A DNA stretch of 53,786 bases from a virus (Duplodnaviria; Caudoviricetes), in the IMG/VR virus record IMGVR_UViG_3300031939_000004, positions 1-53,786 of that record; one strand, given 5' to 3'. Within the stretch, counting starts at the first letter, position 1, and every line of letters begins with the position of its first letter. A model generated the notes under the pieces. That model was given only the letters and a program-made list of their open reading frames with translations, had not been told where the DNA came from and searched no databases. The translations under genes were made by a program, and so were the position numbers. This document shows, in pieces, positions 35,009 to 45,139 of the stretch.

Positions 35009-36138
35009 GCGAGCGCCCCCTGGCCTGTCTGGTCGGCCCACCCGTCCGGGGTCAGGACCGACTTGCGGCAGCTGACCTGCATCGGGTCGGTGACCGCCAG
35101 CGGCGTGGTCACCGACGAGGTCACCGCGCGGCGCCAGTTCAGCCCGGCGCGCGGCCGGTGGACCACGACCGGCTCGTCCACGTCCTGGGCGGGGTCGGGC
35201 ACCGCGACGTACTGCACGATCTCCGACCGGCCGAGGTTGGCGACCAGCCGGGCGGTGGCGGCGACCATCGCCTGGTCGGTGCTGCCGAAGTGCTGGTTGG
35301 TCATCTTGTCGATGTGCCGGCCGTAGCGCCCCCGGGCGTAGGTGGGCGAGGCGGGGTCGGTGTCCTCGACCACCACGCGGATCGTGCCGGCCGGGTTCTC
35401 CGCCACTACCACGTTGAGGATGGTGTCGGCGTCCTCGGTGCGGTCGGCCGCCAGCAGCCGGCCCCCGCCCTCTGCGTAGACGGTCGGCAGGATCAGCGAG
35501 CCAGTCGGGCCGGCGGGGGTGAGCACCGCCTGGCCGGTGCGGTCGTGGTACAGCTTGGCGCCGGCCGACTCCGCCAGCGACTGCGCCTCGGCCCATACGT
35601 CGACGTCCGGTGGGTAGACCAGCGGGCCGCAGGTGAACCCGGTGCTGTAGCTCTGCAGGACCAGCCCCGGGTGCCGGCGGGCCAGCAGCCGGGCGATCGC
35701 CGTCTCGATCGGGGTACCGCCGGCGATCCCGAGTGCGGCCTCCATCGGGCCCTGGTAGATGATCGCCCGGTCCTGGCCGCTGAGGCTGATCACCAGCCCG
35801 TCTGAGGTGTCCTGGACCTCGCGGCTGGTCAGGCGGTAGACGCCCAGCGGGGCCAGCTCGTCGCCGGCCGGCGTGCGCACCCCACGCCACGGGGCGACCT
35901 CGCAGTCGAACGGGTTGAGCAGGTCGCTGGCGTCGCTGCGGCTCAGCGTGCCGTCCGGGTCGACCAGCGACGCGTCCAGGTTGCGGCGGACCGGTCGGGT
36001 CGAGTCGGCCACCGTCTGGCCGGACTGGACCCCCAGCACCGCGGCGACTACCCCGGAGTGCCAGACCTCGACCCGCGAGACGGCGGTGTGGCTGCCGGCC
36101 AGCTCGGCGCGGGCCGCGTCGGAGAACAGCCAGGTCAC
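35005..36138 (-). CDS. Minor tail (hub-like) protein
   Basis: Position in the tail module; PLGVYRL and SGQDR motifs. Confidence 0.75.
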   Translation of the reverse strand: MTWLFSDAARAELAGSHTAVSRVEVWHSGVVAAVLGVQSGQTVADSTRPVRRNLDASLVDPDGTLSRSDASDLLNPFDCEVAPWRGVRTPAGDELAPLGVYRLTSREVQDTSDGLVISLSGQDRAIIYQGPMEAALGIAGGTPIETAIARLLARRHPGLVLQSYSTGFTCGPLVYPPDVDVWAEAQSLAESAGAKLYHDRTGQAVLTPAGPTGSLILPTVYAEGGGRLLAADRTEDADTILNVVVAENPAGTIRVVVEDTDPASPTYARGRYGRHIDKMTNQHFGSTDQAMVAATARLVANLGRSEIVQYVAVPDPAQDVDEPVVVHRPRAGLNWRRAVTSSVTTPLAVTDPMQVSCRKSVLTPDGWADQTGQGALA

Positions 36139-37964
36139 GCCGGCCGCCTGACCTCGACCAGCGGCAGGCCGGTGGTGTGGGCGTGGCGCACCGGGGTCAG
36201 CTCGTCGGGGGTGGCTCGGGCTCGCAGCTGCGCCCAGGTCCAGTCGCCGCCGGCCAGCCGGCAGTACATCAGCCCGCCGAACGGGTCCCGGTAGATCAGT
36301 GTCGAGTTCGACTGGGCCAGGCCGGCGATCAGGTCCCAGGTCGCCCGGTCCAGCGACCACAGGTCCAGGACCACCCGCCGGCCCTTCGGCGGCCCGTCCG
36401 AAACCACGGTCGCCTCGTCGTCCCCGAGCGCCTGGAACACCCCGGAGACGATCGGGCGGGACCAGTCGGCCGACTCGACCCGGATCTCCCCGCCCAGCGT
36501 CGGGTCGTCCCGGCTGGTCAGCGCGTGCACCCGTCGGCCCACGGTGGCCGTGGCCGTCGCGGACGGGACCGACGCCACCGCCGGATCGGCGGACCAGGCC
36601 ACCGCCCGGTACACCCGCGGGAGCCCCAGCGGCGGGGCCCAGTCGACCGTCGAGGTGCTCGCGGCCAGCGGGACCGCGTCGGCGTCGTCCACGGTCGTCC
36701 AGGTCAGCTCGCCGTCGTCGGACGCCTCGAACCGGACGTAGTCCGCCTCGCCCGGCGCCGCGGTGGCCGTCAGGGTCACGGTCAGGGTGGCGGTGTCGGG
36801 CACCGCGGTCAGCGCGGTCGGGGCCGCCGGCAGCGGCACCGCCTGGGTCCAGGCGTGCACGCTCCAGGCCGACCACTGCTCGGCGGAGTCCTGCGCCCGG
36901 ACGTACTCGCGGTAGCTGCCATTCGGCAGGTCGATCGGGCAGGGTACCCCGCGCAGGGTACGGTCGGAGCCGGCGACGTTGACCAGGGCGTCGGCGGCGT
37001 GGCTGTCCGGATCGGTCATGTCGTGGCCGGCGGCGTACACCTCGGTGAACACATAGACCTGGTACGCGAGCTGGCTGTTGTTCTGCGGGTCGTTGTAGTC
37101 CCAGGCCAGGGTCGGCCGGGTGGTGTCGGCGACGTTGGCGGCCGGCGAGACCGTGTCGATCCCACCGGCGGTGACGGTGGGCGGGGTGGAGGAGATCCAG
37201 TCGAACTGCTGGCCGCCCGACCAGACCTCGAACAGGTGCAGCGGGTCGACCGCGGAGATCACCGCGAGGCAGCGGGCGACGTCGGCGCCCTTGCGGTAGG
37301 GCACGGTGGAACCGACCGCGCCGGCTGCCCCGCCCCCGCCGTGCACCCCGCCCCACAGGTCCAGCACATACCCGCCCGGGGTCGCCCAGTCGGTCACCAC
37401 GAAGTCGCGGGCGGCGTCCCAGTTCGGCCAGTAGGCGAACGGCGCCAGCGCGGACGGGAGGGCGAAGTCGCCGTGCAGCCCGCCGTACAGGTCCATGGTG
37501 ATCGCCCGGACGTCGGGAGCCCAACGCATCTGCAGCTTGCGGGCCGCCGGCCAGGTGAAGCGGGCGCCGGCCCGGGGCGGGACCGCCGCGCCCCCGAACG
37601 GGTAGAGCTTGCCGTACTGGTCGAGCACGTAGCCCTGGCCGCTGCCGTCCGGGTTCCAGGCCCAGTCGACGTACCGCCGGGTCGGGTTGGTGTAGGGCAC
37701 CGTCTGGTTGAAGTTCGCCAGGTCGGGGGCGCCGTTGAAGGCGTGGGTGGCGCCGTACAGGTCGAGCTGGTAGCCGGCGCCGGTCGCCCAGTCGATGATG
37801 TGGATGGCGACGACCACCGGCTGGTACAGCGCGCCGTACCAGGTGGCCTGGCCGACGATCGGCACCGCCCCGCCCACGGCCTCGATCCGGCCGGTCCCCC
37901 AGGCCACATACCGCTGGTCGGTGTTGTTCGGGTTGACCTTGACATCGACCGGGCTGGCGGTCAT
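36135..37964 (-). CDS. Minor tail protein with N-terminal repeats and FN3-like region
   Basis: Directly after the tape measure gene; GY.LD.YG..H.FGG repeats; PAAPTALTA. Confidence 0.75.
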   Translation of the reverse strand: MTASPVDVKVNPNNTDQRYVAWGTGRIEAVGGAVPIVGQATWYGALYQPVVVAIHIIDWATGAGYQLDLYGATHAFNGAPDLANFNQTVPYTNPTRRYVDWAWNPDGSGQGYVLDQYGKLYPFGGAAVPPRAGARFTWPAARKLQMRWAPDVRAITMDLYGGLHGDFALPSALAPFAYWPNWDAARDFVVTDWATPGGYVLDLWGGVHGGGGAAGAVGSTVPYRKGADVARCLAVISAVDPLHLFEVWSGGQQFDWISSTPPTVTAGGIDTVSPAANVADTTRPTLAWDYNDPQNNSQLAYQVYVFTEVYAAGHDMTDPDSHAADALVNVAGSDRTLRGVPCPIDLPNGSYREYVRAQDSAEQWSAWSVHAWTQAVPLPAAPTALTAVPDTATLTVTLTATAAPGEADYVRFEASDDGELTWTTVDDADAVPLAASTSTVDWAPPLGLPRVYRAVAWSADPAVASVPSATATATVGRRVHALTSRDDPTLGGEIRVESADWSRPIVSGVFQALGDDEATVVSDGPPKGRRVVLDLWSLDRATWDLIAGLAQSNSTLIYRDPFGGLMYCRLAGGDWTWAQLRARATPDELTPVRHAHTTGLPLVEVRRPA

Positions 37965-40900
37965 CGGGCGCTCCGGGCGTTGCGAGCGAGGGCGGCGTCG
38001 CGCTTGTCGACCACCTGCTCGGCCACGCGGCGCATGCTCGCCTCGCCGTACACCGGGCCGGCGAAGGTGATCGGGGAGTGGATGATCACTCGGGTGCCGG
38101 CGGGCGCTGGTGAACTCGGGGGCACCGCGGAAGCGTACCCGCTGGGGCTGCTGCCGAAGCCCCCGGAAGCGAACGCCCGCACCGCGGCCGGGAAGAAGTA
38201 GGAGTACAGCCAGGCGACCATCTCCTTGGAGCGGGTGCTGTGCCGGTCCCCAAGCGGCACGAACGCCTCGCCGCCGGTGCCCTTCTCGGCCCAGTGCCAC
38301 ATGTTGGCGCCGTCCGGGGCGATCATCGCACCCTTGGGCGCCGGGGTGATCGCGCCGGTCAGTCCGCCCTCGGCGAACGCGGCCACCTTCGCCCCGCCGG
38401 CACCCGGCAGCCAGACCCCGCCGTAGCGCTGCATGACGATCTTGCCGGTGCCGCCCCCGAAGGCCTTCTTGACGATGTTGCCGTTCTGGTCGAACGTCGC
38501 CACCACGTGGGCGGCGATCTCGACCGTCTTGCCCTTCAGGTCGTCGATCTTCTTCTGCAGCCGGTCGATGTCGGCCTGGGCGCCGGAGATCAGCGCCTTG
38601 AACTGGGTCTCGCGGTCGGCCGGGATCCCGAGGATCTGGTCGGCCAGCCTGTTTGCGGCCTCGGTGCCGATCCCCATCGCCCCGGCGGACTTGATGAAGC
38701 TGGCCCGCAGCTCGGCGTCCTTGGCCTTGACCTCGTCCAGGGTGGACCCCTGCTTGACCATCGACTCGATCAGGGTGTTGCCCTTGTCGGCGATGTCGGT
38801 CAAGGTGCCGCCGGCCGCCCGACCAGCCTCGCTGTAGGCGTTCAGCTGGCCGTGGGCGTCCAGCACCGCGCCGGCCTGGTCCTTGATCGCGGCAGCGGCG
38901 CCGTCCACGATCTCCTGGAGCTGGGACTGGGCGGTGAACACGTCGACGGTCTTGCCGCCCAGCGCGTCGAGCGCGTCCTTCAGCGCCTTCAGCTTGTCCT
39001 CTTCATCGGCGGTGGAGTCGACCATGGTGCCCATGGCCTTGATCAGGTCCTCGGTGCCGCGCCGGGTCGAGCCGGAGTAGAGGTCGATGTCCTTCAGCCG
39101 GCCGAACTGGAACTGGACCTTATCGATCGACCCGGACAGGTCGATCTTGTTCGCGTCGGCAAACGCGATCACGTCGGCCCGGCTCATCTTGAACCGGGCG
39201 CCCAGGTCGGACACGTTGACCCCGAACCGGCGCTGCGCCTGCCACATCTTTTCGAGCTGCGCCTGGTACTGCTTGGCCGCTGCCTTGGCGTCGTTGTAGT
39301 CGGCCGGACTGCGCTGGAACTGGCCGATGAAGATCCCGTAGGCGCTCCAGTCGGCCTTGTTCTTCTCCATGATCGCGTGCTGCTGGACCAGGCCCTCCTT
39401 CAGGTCCTGAATGTTCTTGCTGATCGCCTCGTACCGGTCGCTGTTGCCCTTGGAGTCGGACACCGCCTTGTTCATGCCTTTGATGGAGTCGCGGGCGTCG
39501 TCCCCAGCGGTCGCGACCTTCTTGATCTCGTTGACCTGGTCCGCGATCACGGCGATGATCCCGAGCAGCACCGTGGCCGTCGCCAGCTTGGCCAGCGCCA
39601 CCCGCGCCGCGGTCAGCGCCGGGACGAGCCCGGCGGTCAGCGTGCCGGTGAACACCCGCACCGCGGTGTACAGCCGCACGAACCCGAGCACCAGCGGCGT
39701 CCCGATCACCCGCCACGCGGCCACCCGGACCGCGTTCAGGCTCAGCGCGTAGGCGGTCATCGCGGCGATGAGCGTCCAGGTCAGCACGGTGTTGTGGTCG
39801 ATGAAGCCGGCGAGTTCGCCCAGGGGCCGCAGGACCAGGTTCAGTGTGCCGATGATGGCCGACCCGCCGATCTTCAGCAGCGCCCCGGCGACTGTCCCGC
39901 CCACCTTGGCGACGTCGGCCAGGACGTGCCAGACCAGCGTTGCGATCTGGACCAGGCCGCGCCAGGCGGGGGTTAGCGCGTGCCCGACCTTGCTCGCCGT
40001 CGACCCGATCCAGCCGGCCAGCTCGGTGAACCCGTGCATGGTCGCCGTCAGCGCCGGGATCGTCCGCAGGCCGAGCTGGATCGCGGCTGCGTCGGCCTGA
40101 TTCTTGAACACCTGGAACTGGGCCGAGGCGCTCTTCATCTGCTCGTTGAGGACCTTCTGCGTCGCCCCCTGGCGACGGTTCTTGTCCTCGATCTCGGCGC
40201 TGACCTTGGCGTAGTTGCGGCCTTCGGCGCTCATCAGCGCCAGCGCGCCGCGGGCCGCGCGAATGTTCGGGAAGAGCTGCAGCAGCTGGGTGACGTTGCC
40301 GCCGGTGGCCTTCCGCAGCTTCTCCATCACCCCGCGCAGGCCGTCCGCTTCCAGCGCCTGCTGGCCCGACTCGTAGCCGAGGGTCTTTAGCTCCTGGGCG
40401 AGCGCGTCGGACGGCTTGATCATGCTCTGGATCAGCTGGTTCAGCGAGGTGGCCGACTCGGCGCCGCTGATGCCGGTCAGGGTCATGGTGGCGATGGCCG
40501 CGCTGACCCCGGCGATGTTGATCTTGGCCGCTGCGGCGGTGCCGACGACGTCACCGATCGAGCCGGCCAGCTCGTCGAACGAGACGACACCGAGGTTGAC
40601 CGCCTGGAACAGCGTATCCGACACGTCGCCCGCGCTGGCCGCGGTCAGGCCGTAGGCGTTCAGCACCGCGGTGATCGCGCGGGCGCTGACCGCGGTGGTG
40701 GTCAGGCCGGCCGAGGCGGCGATCGCAGCCGACTTCAGCACGGTCACGCCGGCCGCGCCCTGGAACCCGGACGAGGCGATGTCGTACAGGCCATCGGACA
40801 GCGTCGCGGCCGACTGCGGCAGCGTCTTGGACATCTGGAGGATCTGGCCCTCCAGCGACTGCAGCGCACCCTCGGACAGCCCGCTGAGGCTGTTCACGTT

Positions 40901-41143
40901 GCGCATGTTCTTCTCGAACTCGGCCGCCTTGACGACGGCGTACCCGAGCCCGGCGGCCACCAGGACGCCAGCGCCGGCCAGCGCCTTTAGGCTGGTCTGG
41001 GCCAGGTTGCCGCTCTGGACCATCCCGTTATTGCTACGGCGTACCTCGTTGCCGAACTGCTGGACCTCGCGCGAGGAGCTGGACAGGACCTGCCGGAGGC
41101 TGGTGTTATTGCCGGTCAGTACGACCTGGAGTACGCGGTTCAC
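37961..41143 (-). CDS. Tape measure protein
   Basis: 1060 aa, Ala-rich; TP901-like region (FEKNMRNV...LYDIASSG). Confidence 0.92.
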   Translation of the reverse strand: MNRVLQVVLTGNNTSLRQVLSSSSREVQQFGNEVRRSNNGMVQSGNLAQTSLKALAGAGVLVAAGLGYAVVKAAEFEKNMRNVNSLSGLSEGALQSLEGQILQMSKTLPQSAATLSDGLYDIASSGFQGAAGVTVLKSAAIAASAGLTTTAVSARAITAVLNAYGLTAASAGDVSDTLFQAVNLGVVSFDELAGSIGDVVGTAAAAKINIAGVSAAIATMTLTGISGAESATSLNQLIQSMIKPSDALAQELKTLGYESGQQALEADGLRGVMEKLRKATGGNVTQLLQLFPNIRAARGALALMSAEGRNYAKVSAEIEDKNRRQGATQKVLNEQMKSASAQFQVFKNQADAAAIQLGLRTIPALTATMHGFTELAGWIGSTASKVGHALTPAWRGLVQIATLVWHVLADVAKVGGTVAGALLKIGGSAIIGTLNLVLRPLGELAGFIDHNTVLTWTLIAAMTAYALSLNAVRVAAWRVIGTPLVLGFVRLYTAVRVFTGTLTAGLVPALTAARVALAKLATATVLLGIIAVIADQVNEIKKVATAGDDARDSIKGMNKAVSDSKGNSDRYEAISKNIQDLKEGLVQQHAIMEKNKADWSAYGIFIGQFQRSPADYNDAKAAAKQYQAQLEKMWQAQRRFGVNVSDLGARFKMSRADVIAFADANKIDLSGSIDKVQFQFGRLKDIDLYSGSTRRGTEDLIKAMGTMVDSTADEEDKLKALKDALDALGGKTVDVFTAQSQLQEIVDGAAAAIKDQAGAVLDAHGQLNAYSEAGRAAGGTLTDIADKGNTLIESMVKQGSTLDEVKAKDAELRASFIKSAGAMGIGTEAANRLADQILGIPADRETQFKALISGAQADIDRLQKKIDDLKGKTVEIAAHVVATFDQNGNIVKKAFGGGTGKIVMQRYGGVWLPGAGGAKVAAFAEGGLTGAITPAPKGAMIAPDGANMWHWAEKGTGGEAFVPLGDRHSTRSKEMVAWLYSYFFPAAVRAFASGGFGSSPSGYASAVPPSSPAPAGTRVIIHSPITFAGPVYGEASMRRVAEQVVDKRDAALARNARSAR

Positions 41144-41568
41144 TGTTCGGGCAGCGGCTCCGTCTCTCGGCGTTTCAGGACACTGCGTAGAGTGTCGATC
41201 CCAACTGCCTGGTCGTACGCGACCTCGTCCGGGTCGTCCTGGAACGGGATCAGGCCGATCTTACGGCCCGGCGTCCCCTTCGGGTTCGGGTCGTTCTCAG
41301 CCTCGCGCGCCAGCACCTCGCAGCCGGCGCAGATGTGGTCGTCCCCGATGTAGGCCGTCCGGTCGGCTTCCCACTCTTCGGGCCAGGTCCGGCAGTCCGG
41401 GCACTGAGTGGCCTTGCGCTCGCGCCAGACACGCCACAGGGCCCGATCCTCCTCGGTCCACTGCGGGTCGGTCGGGCCGACCACCCGCCCCTCGAACACC
41501 GAGTGTGGGATGCCGAGCGGCAGGCAATACTCCAGCTCGGCCCACAGGGCGGGGTCGGCCCGTATCAG
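41140..41568 (-). CDS. Tail assembly chaperone, frameshifted C-terminal part (gpGT-like)
   Basis: Open -1 frame from the slippery site through 41140. Confidence 0.72.
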   Translation of the reverse strand: MIRADPALWAELEYCLPLGIPHSVFEGRVVGPTDPQWTEEDRALWRVWRERKATQCPDCRTWPEEWEADRTAYIGDDHICAGCEVLAREAENDPNPKGTPGRKIGLIPFQDDPDEVAYDQAVGIDTLRSVLKRRETEPLPEQ

Positions 41569-42164
41569 AAACCCAGCTCAGCGTCCCGCCGGCTGGTGTT
41601 CGCCCGCAGCGCGGCCTGGAACAGCCCGGCGAACTCGGCCTGGTTCCACGCCACCACGTAGTCCGGGTCGTCCTCGTCCAGGTCGGGCGTGCCGCGCTGG
41701 AGCAGCTCGACCTGCTCCACGGTGAGCTTCGGCTCGACGCAACTGCCGGCGATCAGCGGGGCGGCGATCGTCTCGTAGTTGTACTCCAGCTCGCCGCCCT
41801 GGGCGCGGGCCTCGGCCTTCTGCGCCTCGGTCGGCGGGTGCTCCGCCACGAGCGCCTCGAAGTCGTAGCGGCCCATCCCGCGGAACAGCATCCGGATGCT
41901 GTGCTCGCGCAGGTTGGCCTCGGCCTGGTCCAGCTCGGCCTGGGTGGAGGCGAGCAGCGCCTCGTCCTGGAGCAGCTCGGCGCGCTGGTGAGCCTGCCGG
42001 GCGTCCTGGACGGCGCGCGAGGCTTCGCCGTCGTCCATCGGCACCCAGTACGGGATCTGGATCGGCTTCTTGGCGCGCAGGTGGTCGAAGGTGGGCACGG
42101 GGCGCTCGGTACGACGGGCGGCCTTGCGCTGGGTGGGCTTGCTGGAGCGGGGCGATGCGGTCAC
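41565..42164 (-). CDS. Tail assembly chaperone (gpG-like)
   Basis: Between major tail and tape measure genes; ends G GGT TTC TGA. Confidence 0.78.
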   Translation of the reverse strand: MTASPRSSKPTQRKAARRTERPVPTFDHLRAKKPIQIPYWVPMDDGEASRAVQDARQAHQRAELLQDEALLASTQAELDQAEANLREHSIRMLFRGMGRYDFEALVAEHPPTEAQKAEARAQGGELEYNYETIAAPLIAGSCVEPKLTVEQVELLQRGTPDLDEDDPDYVVAWNQAEFAGLFQAALRANTSRRDAELGF

Positions 42165-42279
42165 GGGGTCCCTCGGCAGTAGGAGTCTGGTACGGATAGG
42201 GCCGTCCGTGCCACGGAAGCCTCTCGGAGCGCCTCGCGTGCCACGGACGGCCCCGGCAGCCGTCGAGCGGTTCGAACGA

Positions 42280-42747
42280 TCAGGGAACGGTGGCGGGAAC
42301 CACCGAGTCCTGGTTGGGCGTCTCCAGGATGGCGAGCCCGACCACGAACTTGGCGGCCTCGGCCGACATCGACCACTGGTCGTTGGCGCCGGTCGAGCGC
42401 ACCCGCCAGGTCTCCAGCCGCTTGGCCGGCACCCGCCCGTAGGGCATCAGCACGATGACGTTCTCGGTGCCCTTGGCCAGCAGCGTCCGGACCGTCTCGG
42501 TGTCGTCATCGTCGTAGAGCGTGAACGAGGACGCATCGGTCGTGTCGTTGCCCTCGATCTGGCTGTCGAACGTGGTCGCCAGGTCGGGGGTGGTGATCGG
42601 GTTGTTGGTGAGGCTGAACCCGGAGATGTCCGCGATGTGGTCGCTGATGTCCACCCCGGCCGACAGCTCAGCGTCGGTCGGGTCGTCCGCGGCCACGGTC
42701 GGAACGACCATGATCTTGGAGGTGCCGCGCCGGAAGTAACGGGACAA
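42280..42747 (-). CDS. Major tail (tube) protein
   Basis: PTDAELSAG..IS..I..ISGF and TPDL.T.F...I.G motifs. Confidence 0.82.
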   Translation of the reverse strand: MSRYFRRGTSKIMVVPTVAADDPTDAELSAGVDISDHIADISGFSLTNNPITTPDLATTFDSQIEGNDTTDASSFTLYDDDDTETVRTLLAKGTENVIVLMPYGRVPAKRLETWRVRSTGANDQWSMSAEAAKFVVGLAILETPNQDSVVPATVP

Positions 42748-42750
42748 CGG

Positions 42751-43089
42751 TCAGTCCTCCTTCTGGCCGTCGCCGGTGCCCTTGCGGGTGCCGGTGGCCT
42801 TGGTCAGGGCGGGGGTCTTGGGCTCCCCGCCGGTGGCGGGGGCCTCGGGATCCCCGCCGTGGGCCCCCGCCAGCTTGCCCTGCTCCAGGGCCTTCTGTGC
42901 GCGGGCGATCTGCTGGTCGAGGCTGCCGGCGGGCAGGACCCGCTCGGGGGCCTCCTGCTCGGAGCCCTCGATCTTCTGCCAGCCCTTGTGCTGCCAGACC
43001 AGCTCGAATGCACGCTCGGAGACCTTGGCGGGCCCACGCGGGCCCGGCTCGATGTCCGGGTGCTGGATGGCGATCAGCGCCATAGTCAC
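42751..43089 (-). CDS. Small virion-associated hypothetical protein
   Basis: HPD...VS..AF..VW..KGW motif; position. Confidence 0.6.
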   Translation of the reverse strand: MTMALIAIQHPDIEPGPRGPAKVSERAFELVWQHKGWQKIEGSEQEAPERVLPAGSLDQQIARAQKALEQGKLAGAHGGDPEAPATGGEPKTPALTKATGTRKGTGDGQKED

Positions 43090-43532
43090 GTCCCCTGCGG
43101 TGTCAGAGCGATGGTGTAGCGTCTTGTGTCGCGGTACAGCGTGGGCGTTGCCTGGATCGTTTCGACACCGCCGGGAGTGGTGTCGGCGGGCATTCTACCC
43201 GTGACCTTCCACCCCTCCACTGCACCGAAATCGTGAGTGTAGCTCCCGTCTGCCTCCCTCCCGATCAACAGGGCGCACGCCTTGTCGCCCTGGAGCTGCG
43301 CCTGGTCGCGTCGCCGGCCGATCGCGTCCAGTTGGAACAGCAGCTCCGCGTCGGCGTCGGGAGCAGTCAGCGGCGGGCCGGAGAACCGGCCACCCGGCAG
43401 CTGGAACACCGCCAGGTAGGGGTAGGTGGGCTTCTCGACTATGTACGGGTGGTCATGCACCGACCACCCCGCCTGGCTCTTCAGCAGGGCAATCAGCGCG
43501 TTGGTCACCAGCTGCACCGGGACGATGCTCAT
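43086..43532 (-). CDS. Tail terminator
   Basis: Position; PTYPY..V and FQLD..G..R.QA motifs. Confidence 0.72.
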   Translation of the reverse strand: MSIVPVQLVTNALIALLKSQAGWSVHDHPYIVEKPTYPYLAVFQLPGGRFSGPPLTAPDADAELLFQLDAIGRRRDQAQLQGDKACALLIGREADGSYTHDFGAVEGWKVTGRMPADTTPGGVETIQATPTLYRDTRRYTIALTPQGT

Positions 43533-43981
43533 CCGGTCGAACCCCCGACCCGGACCGATCCGCCACCTTCGGCGATCAGCCGGGCGATCTCGTCCATCCG
43601 GCGCACGAAGAACTCCTCGATGAGTGGGATCGCCGGCTCGACGTGCGGGTACGGCGGCTGGTGGTAGTTGCGGCCCAGCGAGTCCTGCCCGACAAACCCG
43701 AACTCCAGCCGGCGGGCCTGCGGGCGGTTGGTCCCGACCGACACCGAGAACTCGCGCGCGGACTGCCGGGTCTGCCGGCTCCAGGACCGGCGGTAGTCGC
43801 CAGTCGGCGCGTTCGGGCCGGGCCGCCCGGAGGCGTTCGCCCGGATCTTGGTCAGCGCGAGGTCGGCCGAGTCGGACACCGCCGAGCGCATCATGGTCTC
43901 GGCCAGCGCGTTATCGGCCAGCATCCGGGCGCGCAGCCGGTCGTCCCCCAGGACTACCGCACCGACAAACGGCGAGGTCAT
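43529..43981 (-). CDS. HK97 gp10-like neck protein
   Basis: TGDYRRSW, VGTN...ARRLEFG and PYPH..PA motifs. Confidence 0.8.
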   Translation of the reverse strand: MTSPFVGAVVLGDDRLRARMLADNALAETMMRSAVSDSADLALTKIRANASGRPGPNAPTGDYRRSWSRQTRQSAREFSVSVGTNRPQARRLEFGFVGQDSLGRNYHQPPYPHVEPAIPLIEEFFVRRMDEIARLIAEGGGSVRVGGSTG

Positions 43982-44367
43982 TCGCGGGGCTCCGTCAGCG
44001 TGGCCTGCCGGGTCACGGCGAAGCTGCCGCCGGTGGGCTGGTCGACGGCCCAGTCCCGGCCGACCAGGGAAGCGTCGAGGCTGGTGGTGCAGTGGACGAC
44101 GTCGCCCCGGCGCAGCTGCAGGTCGGGATCGCCGGTGAAGTCGAACGGCAGCGCCACCCGCGCCGGCCCGGACAGCTCGTCGCCGCCGGTGATCGTCAAG
44201 ATGCAGGGCCCGTCGTACCACGGCGCGGTCTCGCCCGGGTCGAGCTGCATCGTGTCCGGGTCGAGCGTGTCGTCGTCTACCCCGCCGGGGTTGCGGGTGA
44301 CCGTGCAAGTATCGGGCATCAGCCCGGCGACGGTCCGGCGGGCGTTGGTCAGGTCAGGCGCTGCCAT
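43978..44367 (-). CDS. Head closure protein (DUF6093-like)
   Basis: LMPDTCTVTR...YDGPC. Confidence 0.72.
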   Translation of the reverse strand: MAAPDLTNARRTVAGLMPDTCTVTRNPGGVDDDTLDPDTMQLDPGETAPWYDGPCILTITGGDELSGPARVALPFDFTGDPDLQLRRGDVVHCTTSLDASLVGRDWAVDQPTGGSFAVTRQATLTEPRE

Positions 44368-44704
44368 GGCCTGCCGCCCAATCCATCAACGCGGCTTTCG
44401 CCGCCTCGCCGGTGGTGGCCCCGCCGAGCCCGCCCAGGTGGGCCAGGATCGCCTTTTCGAAGCCGGCGGGGTCCAGCTGCTCGATCGCTTGGCGCAGGAT
44501 GGCCGTGGTGTCGGCGCCGTCGAGCTGCTCGACCATCCCGCCCAGCAGCGACACGTCGACGTCGCCGCGGAACTCGACCTGGACGGCGGGGATCTCGTTC
44601 GGGGCAGCGAGCACTCGCGCGGCGGTCACCGGCGGCAGCGGCTCGCCGTCGACGGTGACACGGGGCGGCTCGCCGGTGACGATCTCAACGTGGATCTGGC
44701 GCAC
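44354..44704 (-). CDS. Hypothetical protein, leaderless
   Basis: GTG 7 nt after TATCCT (44712-44717). Confidence 0.62.
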   Translation of the reverse strand: MRQIHVEIVTGEPPRVTVDGEPLPPVTAARVLAAPNEIPAVQVEFRGDVDVSLLGGMVEQLDGADTTAILRQAIEQLDPAGFEKAILAHLGGLGGATTGEAAKAALMDWAAGHGSA

Positions 44705-44720
44705 GCCCCGGAGGATACAG

Positions 44721-44753
44721 CAACGCCCCCGACCTTGACGGCCGGGGGCGTTG
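44721..44753 (-). terminator. GC-rich hairpin
   Basis: 11-bp inverted repeat caacgcccccg/cgggggcgttg. Confidence 0.55.
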
Positions 44754-44767
44754 GCTGGCGGGGGCTG

Positions 44768-45139
44768 TCAGAACCGGCCACCCCAGAAGGCGGCGTTGCG
44801 CTCGTCCTGCTCGACCTCCCACTGGTACTGCATCTGCTGGGCCTCGGTGCCCTCCTCGAAGAACCGCTCGGCGCGAGCCTCCGCGGCGGCCTCGGCCTGG
44901 GCCTCGGCGGCCCACAGCTCGTGCGTGCCGGCCCAGTCGACGATCGTGGTGCGGGAGTTGGGGGCGTAGGTGCCGGTGCTGCCATCGGCGAAGCGGACCC
45001 GGACGGTGGAGTAGCCGTTCTCCAGGATCTCGGCGATGTCGGTCGAGCTGTACGCGCCGTCCAGGGCGATGGATACCTGCTGGCCCTTGGCGAGCAGCTC
45101 GGCGAACTGGCGGGCGGTGACGAGGCGGGTGACGAACAT
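44768..45139 (-). CDS. Moron-like hypothetical gene inside the head-tail operon
   Basis: Has its own promoter, GGAGCCACCC and hairpin. Confidence 0.72.
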   Translation of the reverse strand: MFVTRLVTARQFAELLAKGQQVSIALDGAYSSTDIAEILENGYSTVRVRFADGSTGTYAPNSRTTIVDWAGTHELWAAEAQAEAAAEARAERFFEEGTEAQQMQYQWEVEQDERNAAFWGGRF

